A DNA stretch of 63,871 nt, the filler included, from Octopus bimaculoides (lineage: Eukaryota): the NCBI RefSeq assembly GCF_001194135.2. It is 5 parts of 4 records of this genome, joined end to end, with 100 filler letters (N's around TTAATTAATTAA, not from the genome) between each part and the next. Parts side by side here need not be neighbours in the genome. Positions count along the whole stretch, not along the records: positions 1 to 26,892 come from NC_069002.1; 4 more parts are not named here. One strand, written 5' to 3'. Every line of letters begins with the position of its first letter. Position 1 is the stretch's first letter. The position numbers were made by a program, and so were the translations under genes. Below, in pieces: positions 1-11,911 of the stretch. A model generated the notes under the pieces. The model was not told the DNA's origin and did not search any database. It saw only the letters and a list, made by a program, of their open reading frames with translations.

Positions 1-59
<59 letters not shown>

Positions 60-1167
60 TACATATAACTGTGTTACTTTATATATACATGCTACCTTTA
101 GCATGTATATGTAGGTATGTGCATATGTCCGTGTATGTATTGTGTGTGTGTGTGTGTGTGTATGTGTGTGCAAAATCTTTTATGACATGAACGAGCAGAC
201 ATTCATGTAAGTACCTCCATACAATGAAACTATTTCATTTGATTCATTTGTGAATTGGTGAGAAACGAAGAAAGTTTTGAAACAGAACAAAAATGTCGAA
301 ATATCTTACAAATGCTCTTTTTGTCAGTATCTCAATGAACTTTGGTGATTCTGAAGAATAAAAATATATCAGGAAGAGTCCAAGTATTAATATCTGGCAT
401 GCAGTGAAATTATCTCGGTTAAAATATGGAACTGTTGGTGCCATGAACAAGACGTGATTTTTCAGAGAAATAAATTCAAACTGTTGAACCCATGTGAAAA
501 GATTAGAAATCTTTCTCTTCACCTATTTAATATCCCAAGTTTATGAAGCTGCATAATTGTCAAGGAATTTGTCCGAGTGGAAGCGAGATAAATGATATCC
601 AGAGAAGGACGTTCTTTGAATAGAAAATAGATTCGGAGAAACTGACTGGCAAAATGAGAAGCTGATGTGAAAAGACAAGAATTCTTCTGTAGTTTGATAT
701 CAATGCTGTGTTGATATGAAAATAATTCAATGTAAGAGGTAAGATTCCATTTATTGATACAGCGCTGACTGTTGGAAAAATGTTGGATATCCCTGTTTAG
801 TTTCAGTCTTGGTTAAAACTTATTTAACTTTAGCAAGGTTAACTCCCACCTCCTTTTGTCGATGATAACTTCTGTCTAATATATCTCCCAAAGAGAATAA
901 ATAAATTGATTAGAAATATAGACGCAATGCCTTGATTTATGGGGTTGGGCTAGACTATTAGATGGAATTACATACTCAACTGATGCTATATTTACAGACA
1001 ATGGAAAGATGAAGGAAAATGTCACAATTTGGCAGAATCAGAAAATAAATACTCACATTTTACTCACTATTTAGTTTTGTTTCAAACTATTTATCGACTC
1101 TAAACAGTAATCTATGGTCAAGTTCATTCATGGCAGATCAACAGCATATGTATTAAGGTACGTTTAA

Positions 1168-1526
1168 AACAAGAGCATTCAAAGAGCACAAACCTCTGAC
1201 AAGGCAACACCAACGTCCTCTCAGTGATTAGCCAGAGATGATTTTTAAAATGAGAATATTTCAGAGAATACCTAAAATAAACTCGACTGCTCTCACAAAC
1301 GACAATACTAAAAATGAACCTGATTGCACTCAAAAATTAAGTAAAAAAATCAGGAAAAGTAATCCAAAATCTTTGTCCAATACTGGATCGATCCCAAAAT
1401 CTAATCAGTTTGTGCCAGTCATGAGGCCAAACATCCCTGAAAGTTTCATTCAAATCCATCCAGCGGTTCTTGGGATATCTTGTCCACAGACAAACAAACA
1501 TGATTGAAAACAATACCTCTGGAGGT
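1168..1526. mobile_element. Non-autonomous interspersed element, Helentron/DINE-1(HINE)-like architecture, copy 1 (3' hairpin partly deleted)
   Basis: Colinear with 12451-12815: starts aacaagagc, ends gaaaacaatacctc...ggaggt, with a (caaa)n run near the end. Classification is inferred from the architecture. Confidence 0.6.
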
Positions 1527-1579
1527 AATAATTAGGGGTCAGTAATTGATTACAGATAACAGTAGGGTATATCATAATG

Positions 1580-1792
1580 CTTTCTACTATAAGCACAAGG
1601 CCTGAAATTTTGGGGGAGGGGACTAGTCGATTACATTGACCCCAGTGTTTCACTGGTACTTAATTTATCGACCCTGAAAGTATGAGAGGCAAAGTCAGCC
1701 TCGGCAGAATTTGAGCTCAGAACGTAGCAACAGGTGAAATACCGTTAAGGATTTCATGCAGCATGCTAATGGTTCTGCTAGTTCACCACCTT
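1580..1792 (-). mobile_element. tRNA-derived SINE family A
   Basis: The reverse complement matches the copy at 35045 (B-box-like gttctgag[c/t]tcaaattc, core ttgcctytcat...gggtcgataaa...agtaccag). Confidence 0.8.
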
Positions 1793-1849
1793 AATAGGGT
1801 ATGTCATAATATTTGATTAAACACACTACAATATACATCCTATAATTGA

Positions 1850-2038
1850 TTTCTAATTTTGGTAAAAGGCAGCAATTTCGAGAGAGGGGGTAAATCTGTT
1901 ACATCGACCCCCCCCCCCACGAATGTGCAGCTGGGATTTATTTGATGTCAGTGGAATTTGAACATAGAGTAAATATAGACAAAATGCTGCTAAGCATTTT
2001 GCTCAGTACGGTAATGATTCTGCCAGCTTTGCCACCTG
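1850..2038 (-). mobile_element. SINE family A, degraded copy
   Basis: Motifs ggaatttgaac, gctaagcattttgc and gattctgccagc are shared with the family. Confidence 0.6.
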
Positions 2039-2077
2039 AATAATAATATTATTATTAATAATAATAATAATTATTAT

Positions 2078-2286
2078 TTCAAGTTTTTGCAACAAGGGTA
2101 GCTTGGGAGAGGTGGGGATGAGTTGATTACATCAACCCCAGTATTCAACTAGTACTTATTTTATCGACCCCGAAAGGACGAAAGGCAAAGTTGACCGTGG
2201 CAGAAATTGAACTCAGAATGCAAAGACAGACGAAATACCACTGAGTATTTTACCTGGCATGCTAACAACTCTGTCAGCTTGCTGCC

Positions 2287-2288
<2 letters not shown>
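2078..2288 (-). mobile_element. SINE family A, followed by a (TAA)n array at 2289-2340
   Basis: tttatcgaccccgaaaggacgaaaggcaaagttgacc core matches the other copies. Confidence 0.8.
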
Positions 2289-2342
<54 letters not shown>

Positions 2343-2446
2343 GAGAGGGGGGAGAGAGAGTGGGGAGGAGAGAGAGTGGGGAGGAGAGAGAGGGGGAGAG
2401 GTGAAAACTTTGTTGTGGACTATCTGACACTTACTGTCTGTCTGTC

Positions 2447-2990
2447 TGCCATTTTGTTTAGGACAGGTATAATTACCAACACAGGAACATGTATCATACA
2501 TCAAAATGAAGCTGGTCCTCTGTGGATCACATGCCTACTTCTCAACATAGTCACCGTTTCTCTCAATAGCAATGTTTCATCTTCGAATGAGAGCATGTAT
2601 CCCTGCCCCGTAAAATTCTGTTGACTGTTCTTTGAGCCAATTCTTCACTACAATTTTCACTTCCTCGTCACTGGAATAATGTTTGCCTCTCAAACCCTCT
2701 TTCGTGGGACCGAAGAGATGATAGTCTGAAGGCGCTAAATTATTCTAGTGACGAGGAAGTGAAAACTAGTGAAGAAGTGACTCAAAGAACAGTCAACAGA
2801 ATTTTACGGGTCAGGGATACATGCTCTCATTTGAAAGTGGAACATTGCTATTGAGAGAAACAGTGACTATGGTGAGAAGTAGGCATGTGATCCACAGAGG
2901 ACCATCTTCATTTTGATGTATCATACATGTTCCTGTGTTGGTAATTATACCTGTCCTAAACAAAATGGCATTACTTCTTGACTCACCCTT
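2447..2990. mobile_element. Mariner-derived foldback: two inverted copies of a mariner 3' end
   Basis: Arms 2447-2680 and 2739-2970 are reverse complements. The minus strand reads LAPSDYHLFGPTKEGLRGKHYSSDEEVK...IERNGDYVEK*, a mariner C-terminus. A TIR-like end (ttacttcttgactcaccct) is present on the right only. Confidence 0.85.
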
Positions 2991-3039
2991 TTAGAATTGA
3001 TTGGCAACAGAGTTGCAGGAATCTGTGCAAATAACAGGA

Positions 3040-3315
3040 CCAGATGGTGATGAGGTACATGCATGTGCATGTATGAGTTGGCATCTCCTTGTCATGGCAT
3101 TGCATGATAGTTGTAAATGAGTGTCACTGTCATGCAAGTGGTGTCGTTCATTCTTCTAATATTCTGTAAAATTATGTCTGGCTACAGGGAAATATTAACC
3201 TTACTTTTACTCATGTGAAGGCTGGTGACAAGAAGGGCATCCAGCCATAGAAAATCTACCTCAACAGATTCTGTCCAACCCATGCAAGCATTGAAAAATG
3301 GACATCAAAATGATG
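3040..3315 (+). mobile_element. SINE-like repeat with an RTE-type 3' tail
   Basis: 3' part aagaagggcatccagcc...ccaacccatgcaagcat resembles the RTE 3' end at 26037-26190. Confidence 0.55.
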
Positions 3316-4261
3316 GGGAGGTTCACACACTACTTTTGAATATTTAGTTTTTTTAGTGTTTTTCTTTGATAGGTTTGTGATCTTGTTTTAATATTTTCTA
3401 AAACATTAACAATGGTTTTGTGGCACCATGTACTAATTGATTGTTTATATTATATTCTCATCAATCAGCTTCACTCTTTTTCTTATTCATGTTTTTTTTT
3501 ATTAGTTTTAATTTTTTTTTTTATAATAGATTTCGTTCAGCATCTATTCTATTTCTGATCGCCCAGTTTTTCAGCTTTCGGTTTGTTAGCTTTTTATATC
3601 ATTAATTTTGTTTTCTTTTGTCTTAGAATTAAAGTTGCTTTTCTAAAGTTGTTTCCTGTTTTTATCAAGCTATTGCCAGAGTTTCCAACATTTTGTTCAT
3701 CTCGGCTTATTTCGGTTGTTTTTTTATTCTCTCCTGGGATTCCGAAAAGTTCGTTTGTTTAGGTTTTTTTCCTGCTTTGTCACTGTTCAGTGATTACTAG
3801 TCAAGGTTCAAGGATTTCGTATTTTGTTATTCTTGATGTGTTAATTTTTGCATGAATGAGATTCCTTTCTGTGCACATTTGTATGCGTGCATGTGTGTGT
3901 ATAGCCATACATACACACACACACACAATACATACATACATACATACATATGGAGCCTTGTTTTTTTGTTGGAAACCAGCTCCCTCATCGGTGGAAGATT
4001 TATAATAATTAAAAAATAGAAGAGACATAGATACATAAGAGCAAAGTATGGCTAAACATGGAATCTTGGGGAGAGAATGCAAATCCTTAATTCATGTATG
4101 CTACAAATGATCACAATATCTGGGACTATAAAAATCTGCAAAGCCTTAAGATTTAAAGGATGACAGTTAAATCATGATATTTCCCTTCACAACCTTGGTA
4201 CCAAGTTGGCGGCTGATTGATATTTACTCTAAATTAAAAAGAGAAAAACAAGACATACATA

Positions 4262-4413
4262 CCAGCGTGTCTGTGTGGTAAGAAGCTGCTTCCCAACCAC
4301 ATGGTTCTGGGTTCACTTCTACTGTGTGGCACGTTGGGCACCTTGGGCAAGTGTCTTCTATTATAGCCTTCTATTATAGAATTTGGTAGAATGTAAACTG
4401 AAAGAAGCCCATC

Positions 4414-4445
<32 letters not shown>

Positions 4446-4650
4446 CACCTACATGCTGCCAGTACCACCTGACTGACCCTCATGCTGGTGGCATGTAAAA
4501 GAACCCACTACGCTCTCGGAGTGGTCGGCATTAGGAAGGGCATCCAGCTGTAAAAACTCAGATTGGAGCCTGGTGCAGCCTTCTGGATTGCCAGTCCTCA
4601 GTCAAACCGTTCAACCCATGCCAGCATGGAAAGCAGACGTTAAACGACGA
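4262..4650 (+). mobile_element. tRNA-headed SINE with an internal (TA)n run and an RTE-derived tail
   Basis: Head tgtgtggtaagaag...gggttc, then ttgggcaagtgtcttcta, then (TA)n. The tail matches the reverse complement of 26040-26190. Confidence 0.75.
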
Positions 4651-4699
4651 TATACGTTATACCCGTAAAAAACATCATTTGAACATATCTACATTGGAC

Positions 4700-5240
4700 T
4701 GACTCCTGTGCAGGAGTCAGTCCAATGTTTTGTTCACATGCCACCAGCACAAGTACCAGTAAGACAAAGCTGGAAATGATCATGCTCAAATGGTGCTTTT
4801 TACATGCCACCAGCATGGAAGCGAGACAGCCGCTCTGGCAGTGATCCTGCTCAGATGGTGCTGTTAGTGATCCACTGACATGGGTGCCAGTCATCGAAGT
4901 TGGTTCAGTTTCGATCTCATTTGCCCCAACAGGTCTTCGCAAGCTGAGTTTAGTGTCCAATGAAGGAAGGTTGGCATGGGTGCCAGTCATCAAATTTGGT
5001 TCAATTTCGATTTCGATTTCGATTTCACTTGCCTCAACAGGTCTTTGCAAGCAGGGTTTTGTGTCCAAGGAAGGAAAGGTACGCATAAGTGGGCTGGCTA
5101 CACCCCTGTTAAAGGCCACAGGTTATGGTCTCTCTTGTCTTGTCGGGTCTTCTCATGCACAGCATATTTCCAAAGGTCTCGGTCACTAGTCATTGCCTTG
5201 GTGAGGCCTAATGTTCGAAGGTTGTGCTTCACCACTTCAT
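4700..5240 (-). mobile_element. RTE LINE 3' end and 3' UTR fragment
   Basis: Colinear with 26250-26580 (gcctcaacag..tcttcgcaag; tcattgcct.ggtgaggcctaatgttc). Confidence 0.75.
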
Positions 5241-5260
5241 CTTAGGTCTTCTTGGGTCTA

Positions 5261-5294
<34 letters not shown>

Positions 5295-5732
5295 CATATA
5301 TGTTCAGCATGGACAACTGGTCAAGAAGTTTGCTGCTATAACATCTCAAGTTCAATTCCACTGTGTGACATCTTGGACAAATATCATTTTCTGTAGTCTT
5401 GTGTTGACCTATAGCTTGTGAGTGAAATCAGTCAGGGGGGAAATTGTATAGAAGCCCATCAGGTGGATTGTAACTGTAATTTAAGGTGCAGCTCAGTCAA
5501 ACATTACCTCAAGCTGATGCAGCCCAAAAATGACATTAAATGTACCTGAGTCAGTGGAGTACTCAGCCACTCAGAGGTTAATTCAGAGGAAGGAGTAGAT
5601 TAAACAACTGAATCCTCATCATTGAATGGCAGAGATGCATCCATTTGTCTGTGTACATGTCTGTCAGTCGGTCTACCTACCTGCGAGCCTGCCTGTCTGT
5701 CTGTCTATGTATGTATGGATTCATTTATTCAT

Positions 5733-5935
5733 TTCTTTCAGTCATTTGACTGCAGCCATGCTGGAGCACCGCCTTTAGTCAAACAAATCGACCCCAGGAC
5801 TTATTCTTTGTAAGCCTAGTACTTATTCTATTTGTCTCTTCTGCCGAAGCACTAAGTTATGGGGACATCAACACACCAACATCGGTTGTCAAGCGATGGT
5901 GGGTGACAAACACAGACTCATACACAAATACATAT
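5733..5935 (-). mobile_element. SINE family D, 3' half
   Basis: cagtcatttgactgcagccatgctggagcacc...aatcgaccccaggacttattc; same as the copies at 19.1, 30.1 and 57.0 kb. Confidence 0.8.
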
Positions 5936-6452
5936 ATATATCGTCGTTTAACGTATACATTGTGAGCAGGTAGGTATGTGAGTGAGAATGGAGGAGAGGG
6001 GGAATACAGTGGTGGAGAGCATGGGTGGGGGAAGGGGTTGGAGAAAAGGGTGATGGGAAGGGGTGGGAAAAGATGGGTTGTGTGGGAGAGCTTTGTCAAG
6101 GACATGGCTTTATGGTCTTCATTTTACTTAGCCAAGCAAGTTATATGTATTGNNNNNNNNNNNNNNNNNNNNNNNNNNNNNNNNNNNNNNNNNNNNNNNN
6201 NNNNNNNNNNNNNNNNNNNNNNNNNNNNNNNNNNNNNNNNNNNNNNNNNNNNNNNNNNNNNNNNNNNNNNNNNNNNNNNNNNNNNNNNNNNNNNNNNNNN
6301 NNNNNNNNNNNNNNNNNNNNNNNNNNNNNNNNNNNNNNNNNNNNNNNNNNNNNNNNNNNNNNNNNNNNNNNNNNNNNNNNNNNNNNNNNNNNNNNNNNNN
6401 NNNNNNNNNNNNNNNNNNNNNNNNNNNNNNNNNNNNNNNNNNNNNNNNNNNN

Positions 6453-6453
6453 N

Positions 6454-6499
<46 letters not shown>

Positions 6500-6506
6500 A
6501 CACATG

Positions 6507-6540
<34 letters not shown>

Positions 6541-7270
6541 GATATATAGATAGATAGATAGATATAGATATACAGACACACATATGCTTGCACATGCTTT
6601 GCGCATACAAACCTGTGTATATGTGCACATCCATTCATACGCACATGCATGGATATTTGTTGAGATGTTGCTCTTTGTGATGATATATATATAGATATAG
6701 ATGCATATTTATATATTGCATGTATATGAATATGCTCTCATGCATACAACCATGTGCATAATTCACATGGTTGTATGATGTTATGTTTAAGTGTGTTTAT
6801 ATATAGACACACACACATATAAGCCTACGTATGCATACATATTTATGCATATGCTCTGCTTGTGCATGTGTGCATGTGTGTGTGTGTAATGCAATGAGAT
6901 TTTTGCACGAAAGTACAGTTAGTTGCTATGGTGTCCAACTCATTGCATTTCTGCATGTGTATTTGTGTACATGCATATATAATTATACGTGTACTTGCAT
7001 TCATAGAAAGAGGTATATATGCATATGTGCATATGCAAACATGCACATATTTGTGCATATCTATTCACAAACATATTCACATCTCTGAACACACGCATAT
7101 GTTTACTTGTATGTGTTTGTATGTGCATGTGTGTGTGCGTCTGTGGGCATTTTCTTTTCAAGCAAATGGTTTTATGTGTATGTGAGCATATGCATGTGCA
7201 TATGCATGTGCATCTCTGTGTGTATGTATGTGCATGTGTGGAGGGGTGTATGCATGCAAGTGTGTAAATC
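6453..7270. repeat. (TA)n/(CA)n/(TG)n low-complexity tract
   Basis: Direct inspection. Confidence 0.9.
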
Positions 7271-7774
7271 ATGTGGTGGGGGCGTATGCCACATCATTCC
7301 AATATATAACTCGGATCCCATCAAAACCAGCACTATCTGGAAATCTGGAAGCTACCGGAATATAGAACTACTTGTGCATATGCAACGAGATCTTTTGAAT
7401 ATATAAATAACTCTTGTGATGTTGAACATATCTGTGAATTGAGGAGCGAGCTGGTTATTCAACAAAATACTTCTCTGTGCTAACGAGAAAGCAGTCGTTG
7501 AAACACCTAATCCTGAAACTTGAAGATACTATCAAAGACATGTGATAGAAATAATACCATTTCGAAGAAGGCAGCAGCAACACATCCACTCCAAAAACAT
7601 TTGATTTAAAACTGACAGTTTCGCATCACAGCTTAAAAAATTATAACAAGATTTTTCTGAAATTTCACAATAAGAGATGGGTCATCAGTTTTCTAAAAAC
7701 CTTTGGTTCCAAAGATTTTCTGGTTTTTCCAAACAAAGTAGGGTCAGCACTAAATAAAACAAATATTAAATTTA

Positions 7775-8095
7775 CTTTGGGATCACAATCATGAGGTAGT
7801 GAGTTCAATTCCCAGAATGGGATGTGTGTTGTGTTCTTGAGGAAGACACTTTATTTCACGTTGCTCCAGTTCACTCAGCTGTAGAAATGAGTTGCGACAT
7901 CACTGGTGCCAAGCTGTATCAGCCTTTGCCTTTCTCTTGGATAACACTGGTGGCATGGAGAGGGGGAGGGTGGTATGGATGGGCAACGGCTGGTCTTCCA
8001 TAAACAACCTTGCTCAAACTTGTGCCTCAGAAGGGAACTTTCTAGGTGCAATCCCATAGTTATTCATGACTGACTGAAGGGGGGTATTTACCCTT
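7775..8095 (+). mobile_element. tRNA-headed SINE with a CORE-like central domain
   Basis: gagttcaattcc B-box; ttgtgttcttgaggaagacac...ctccagttcactcagctgtagaaatg. The central domain is shared with the copies at 22.6-23.0 kb. Confidence 0.65.
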
Positions 8096-8409
8096 TTAAT
8101 TCTGAGTAAACAGGCACATAATTAAAGACATTCCACATATGGCCATCTTGTCTGCTAACTCATGTGTGTGACTACATTATAAAACATCTCTTTTCTCCAT
8201 TTAAGATGATAGGGTGTTATAATAATAGTGAATGCTGTAAGCTAGCACAAAAAGAGGATAAGTGCAAGCATTACTATGTTAGTAAAAAAAAATGTATTGC
8301 GATGTTGGCTGAGTAAGTAGCAGAAAGGTGGTCTGTGATAGACAAGAATTACAGGATTTCAAGAGATTTCTCCTCAAAGACTGGCCCTACTGTTAAATCA
8401 AGAAAATCA

Positions 8410-8692
8410 GATATAATTATAGAGGAGAAAATTAAAAGACCTAGTGAGAGAAATGAAGAAATTGTGAAAAATTATGAATGCAATTATTCCTGAGATAATT
8501 GGTGCATTTGGCACAACACTCAAACTGCTACCTAAAAGATGAAAGCATATTGAAAATTAGACTTACGTTGTTGATCTGTAGAAAAGTTTAATCCAATGTT
8601 TTGCAAGAAAAATGATTCCTAAGACAGATTCTAAGAAAGATTCCTAAGATTCCTCATGACAATATCCCAGATAATGTAGAATGTAATAGTTA

Positions 8693-8768
<76 letters not shown>
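8410..8768 (+). mobile_element. Degraded R4/Dong LINE C-terminus with a (CTA)n/(TAA)n tail
   Basis: Translates KDLVREMKKL*K..IIPEIIGAFGT, the same motif as VIPIVIGALGS at 23.4 kb. Confidence 0.55.
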
Positions 8769-8769
8769 C

Positions 8770-9073
8770 TACAAAGCCTTTACGGCAATAATATCGTGGA
8801 GATTGAGTAAGCACCTGGAAAATAACAACCTGTTTCCAGAAGAGCAGAAGGGATGCTGCAAGGGCTCATATGGCTGTAAAGATCAATTAATGATCAATAA
8901 AGCCATAACTGATGATAGCCGCAGAAAGCAGAAAGGCCTCAGAATGGCCTGGATCGACTACCGAAAGGCTTTTGACGGTGTTCCCCACACGTGGATCCTC
9001 AAAATACTAGCCATAAACAAGGTAGCACTAATAATTATAAAATACATAAGACACTCTATGAATAAATGGCAGA
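8770..9073 (+). pseudogene. R4/Dong-type non-LTR reverse transcriptase fragment
   Basis: EEQKGCCKGSYGCKDQLMINKAI...MAWIDYRKAFDGVPHTWILKIL (RT motifs); cut at 9073 by the inverted repeat. Confidence 0.85.
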
Positions 9074-9150
9074 CAGTGAGTAATTTCCCCAAAATCAGGG
9101 TTTTTATAACTGCTCATATCCGAACTCTAAGAACCGTATTTCATGAAAGA
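9074..9150 (+). repeat. Left inverted repeat (77 bp)
   Basis: cagtgagtaatttccccaaaatcaggg...gtatttcatgaaaga. Confidence 0.9.
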
Positions 9151-9596
9151 TTTCTTTGACAACAGTTCAGGAGTCATATATGGGCAGTAATTTTAACCAA
9201 TGGGATTACCAACGATTATGCTTGTTCAAGCAAACAACCATTTCATCATATTGCCATCTTTTATGACCTGCTACATAAGCCCTTCACCAGAAAAATTGTC
9301 TATTTTGTGAAAAAACCCCAGAAAAATCATAATGCATATATATTTCAATACAATGTCTGAATTAATACTTTTAGCAAGTCAAATATACAAATTTACAAAG
9401 GATCCACAAATTTACATTGTTAAACAAACGAAAATAACAACTCATCATGGTTTTACAATAACAACAGCATTCTTGTAAAGTTTATCAAATTGTTTAATCT
9501 AATTTCTCTGGAAAAAAAATTACAAGTCTTTTTTTAACAAAAAATTCCAGGAATATAAAAGTTCATGAGGAATATAAAATTTCATGAGGAATATAT

Positions 9597-11834
9597 TCAA
9601 GCAAACTGAGGAAGTCTTTTGGGAAAATGTATAATTCTACCACTTCTAGTTTTCTTTTCACTGATAGGTGATTTTAAAATTGACTTGTGGATCTTTTTCT
9701 CAGCTTTAAGTTCGCTGTCTTGTGAATTGTTCTTTTTCAAGTTTTTTTTAAATGTGTTGCTCAAATCTTTATTTTCATGACATGAAGACTGGTCGAAATA
9801 AACTTTTTTAATTCTGTCTAAACTGACAATTTCCTTTTTACCATGCATATCCAAAGTCGTAGTTTTATCTTTAATTGAGAAAACTTTAAAAGGTCCAGTG
9901 TATTTATAATTCAGTGAATGATGACTGGCATCATTATGTACAATTACATGAGTCTAAGAATTAATATCAGAACGGATGAAACTTTTAATATTTTGTAGTT
10001 TACTTGTAAAAGAAAGAACATCAGAAAAAATCTCTTGAATCGGGTTACATAATTGTTAATATCTCCATTAAAAGAATTGGTTTCTTCAAACATACGACCA
10101 GGTAGAGTTAATATGTTGTTCCGTACAAAAGTTCAGCAGAAGAATATTGCAAACTATCTTTAACAGCACTCCTGATTCCTAACAATGACACTGGAAAGGC
10201 TTCTGACCAACTGCTAGAATAAGAATAAGTTCTTAATGAAGCTTTCAACTGTCTATGAAACCTTTCTATCATGCCATTAGATTGTGGATGATATGAAGTT
10301 GTATGAATTCTATGAATTCCCAACAATTTGTTGAATTCTGCGAAAAGTGTAGACTCAAATTGTCTTCCATGATCTGTCGTCAATGTGTTGGGTGTATGCC
10401 GAATCTAGACATCCAATTGGTAAATAAAGTTCTTGCTATAGTTACTGCAGATATGTCTTTAATTGGATAAGCTTCTGGCCATCATGAAAAACGATCCATG
10501 CGTGTCAACAAAAAAATATTACCTTCCACAGGAGGAGGCAATGGTCCAACTATGTCAATATGAATGTGTTGGAATCTGGCATCAGGACTTACAAAAGTAC
10601 CTAATGGTGCTTTAATGTGACGATTTGCTTTTTGGCAGTGCATACATGATTTAACCCAAGAATGAATATCCTTATTCAGACCAGGCCAAACAAAACGACT
10701 CGATATTAATTTTAATGAAGCTCCAATACCAGGATGAGATAATTTATGTAAAGGAGAAAAAACAACTTTTCTATGTCTTTCAGGCACAAATGATCTAGAA
10801 AAACCAGTAGAAATATCACACCAAATATGTGATTTACAAGAATGAATAGGCAATAATTTAAATTTCAAAGAAGTAGAACTGGAATCTTTACATAAAGAAA
10901 ATTCTTTATCAATAGTTTGATCTTTAGACATTTCTTCTAAATTGATAGAGTTTAATGAACTTAATTTATCAACATTCATTCGAGAAAGTGCATCAGCTGC
11001 AGAATTTTCAGCACCCTTGATATACCGTATATCCACAGTATACTGTGAAATATAATCATGGTGTCTAATTTCTCTGGGAGAATATTTTTCAGAAGAATTT
11101 TTTAGTGCATGTGTCAATGGTTTATGGTCAGTAAATAAAATAAATGACCTACCTTCAAGAAGATGTCTGAAGTAGTTAATTGACAAGTAAGCTGCCAACA
11201 ATTCTCTGCCGAAAACACTGTATTTCATTTCTGGTGCCTTGAATGATTTTGAAAAGAAGGATAATGGTTGCCAAGAACCGCAATAAAACTGTTGTAAAAC
11301 TCCACCGATTCCAACATTGGAAGCATCAACTACCAACGATAGTTTTGCTTCAGGAACCGGATGGTTTAAGAGTGTTGTTTCACAGTTTTTCTTTTATGCT
11401 TTGAAAAAAACCTTTAATTCATCATCCTTTAAAATTATGAATTCATTTTTCTTTTTCCTATTCTTTAATAATTCAGTCAAAAGAAATAGACTTTCTGTAC
11501 AATGTTGAATAAACCGTCTGCAGAAATTAATTAATCCTAATTATTCCTGGAGCTTTCTTAAAGAATTTGGTATTGGAAATTTATTAATAGCTTCAACTTT
11601 GTCTGGCAGTGGGCGAATTCTACTTTTATCAATGAGATAACCTAAAAAAGATATAAAGCGTTCACCGAAAACACACTTTGATGGATTTATTACTATACAA
11701 TATTTAGTTAGTCTCTCGAAAATTTGTTTCAAGGGATTTTCATGAACTTCTTCTGACGGACTAACAATGAGAATATCATCTATATAAGCAAATACGAAAA
11801 GTAAATCTCTTGTTAGTTCATCGATCAACCTCTG
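9597..11834 (-). pseudogene. Gypsy/Ty3 pol fragment: RT C-terminal half, RNase H, integrase
   Basis: QRLIDELTRDLLFVFAYIDD (RT); VDASNVGIG...FTDHKPL...NSAADALSR (RNase H); HKLSHPG...CMHC (zinc-binding); HIHIDIVGPLP and TTDHGRQFES...YHPQSNGMIERFHRQLK (integrase); ends TRSGRIIHFPKRL. Contains stops and frameshifts. Confidence 0.95.
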
Positions 11835-11911
11835 TCTTTCACGAAATACTGTTCTTAGAATTTGGATATGAGCAGTTATAAAAATCCTGATTTTTGGTAA
11901 ATTACTCAGTG
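11835..11911 (-). repeat. Right inverted repeat (77 bp)
   Basis: Reverse complement reads cactgagtaatttaccaaaaatcagga...gtatttcgtgaaaga. Confidence 0.9.

Larger units (their letters stand above)
9074..11911. mobile_element. TIR-bounded composite element carrying a Gypsy pol segment
   Basis: 77-bp inverted repeats at 9074-9150 and 11835-11911 (8 mismatches) flank contiguous Gypsy sequence. No TSD is visible. Confidence 0.75.

Noticed and set aside
3330-3800. LINE ORF1-like A-rich minus strand
   Set aside because: Compositional resemblance only; no diagnostic motif.
9074-11911. Bona fide Ginger transposon or intact LTR retrotransposon
   Set aside because: It contains RT and RNase H, lacks TGT termini and a 4-bp TSD, has no paired direct LTRs, gag or protease, and the frames are broken.
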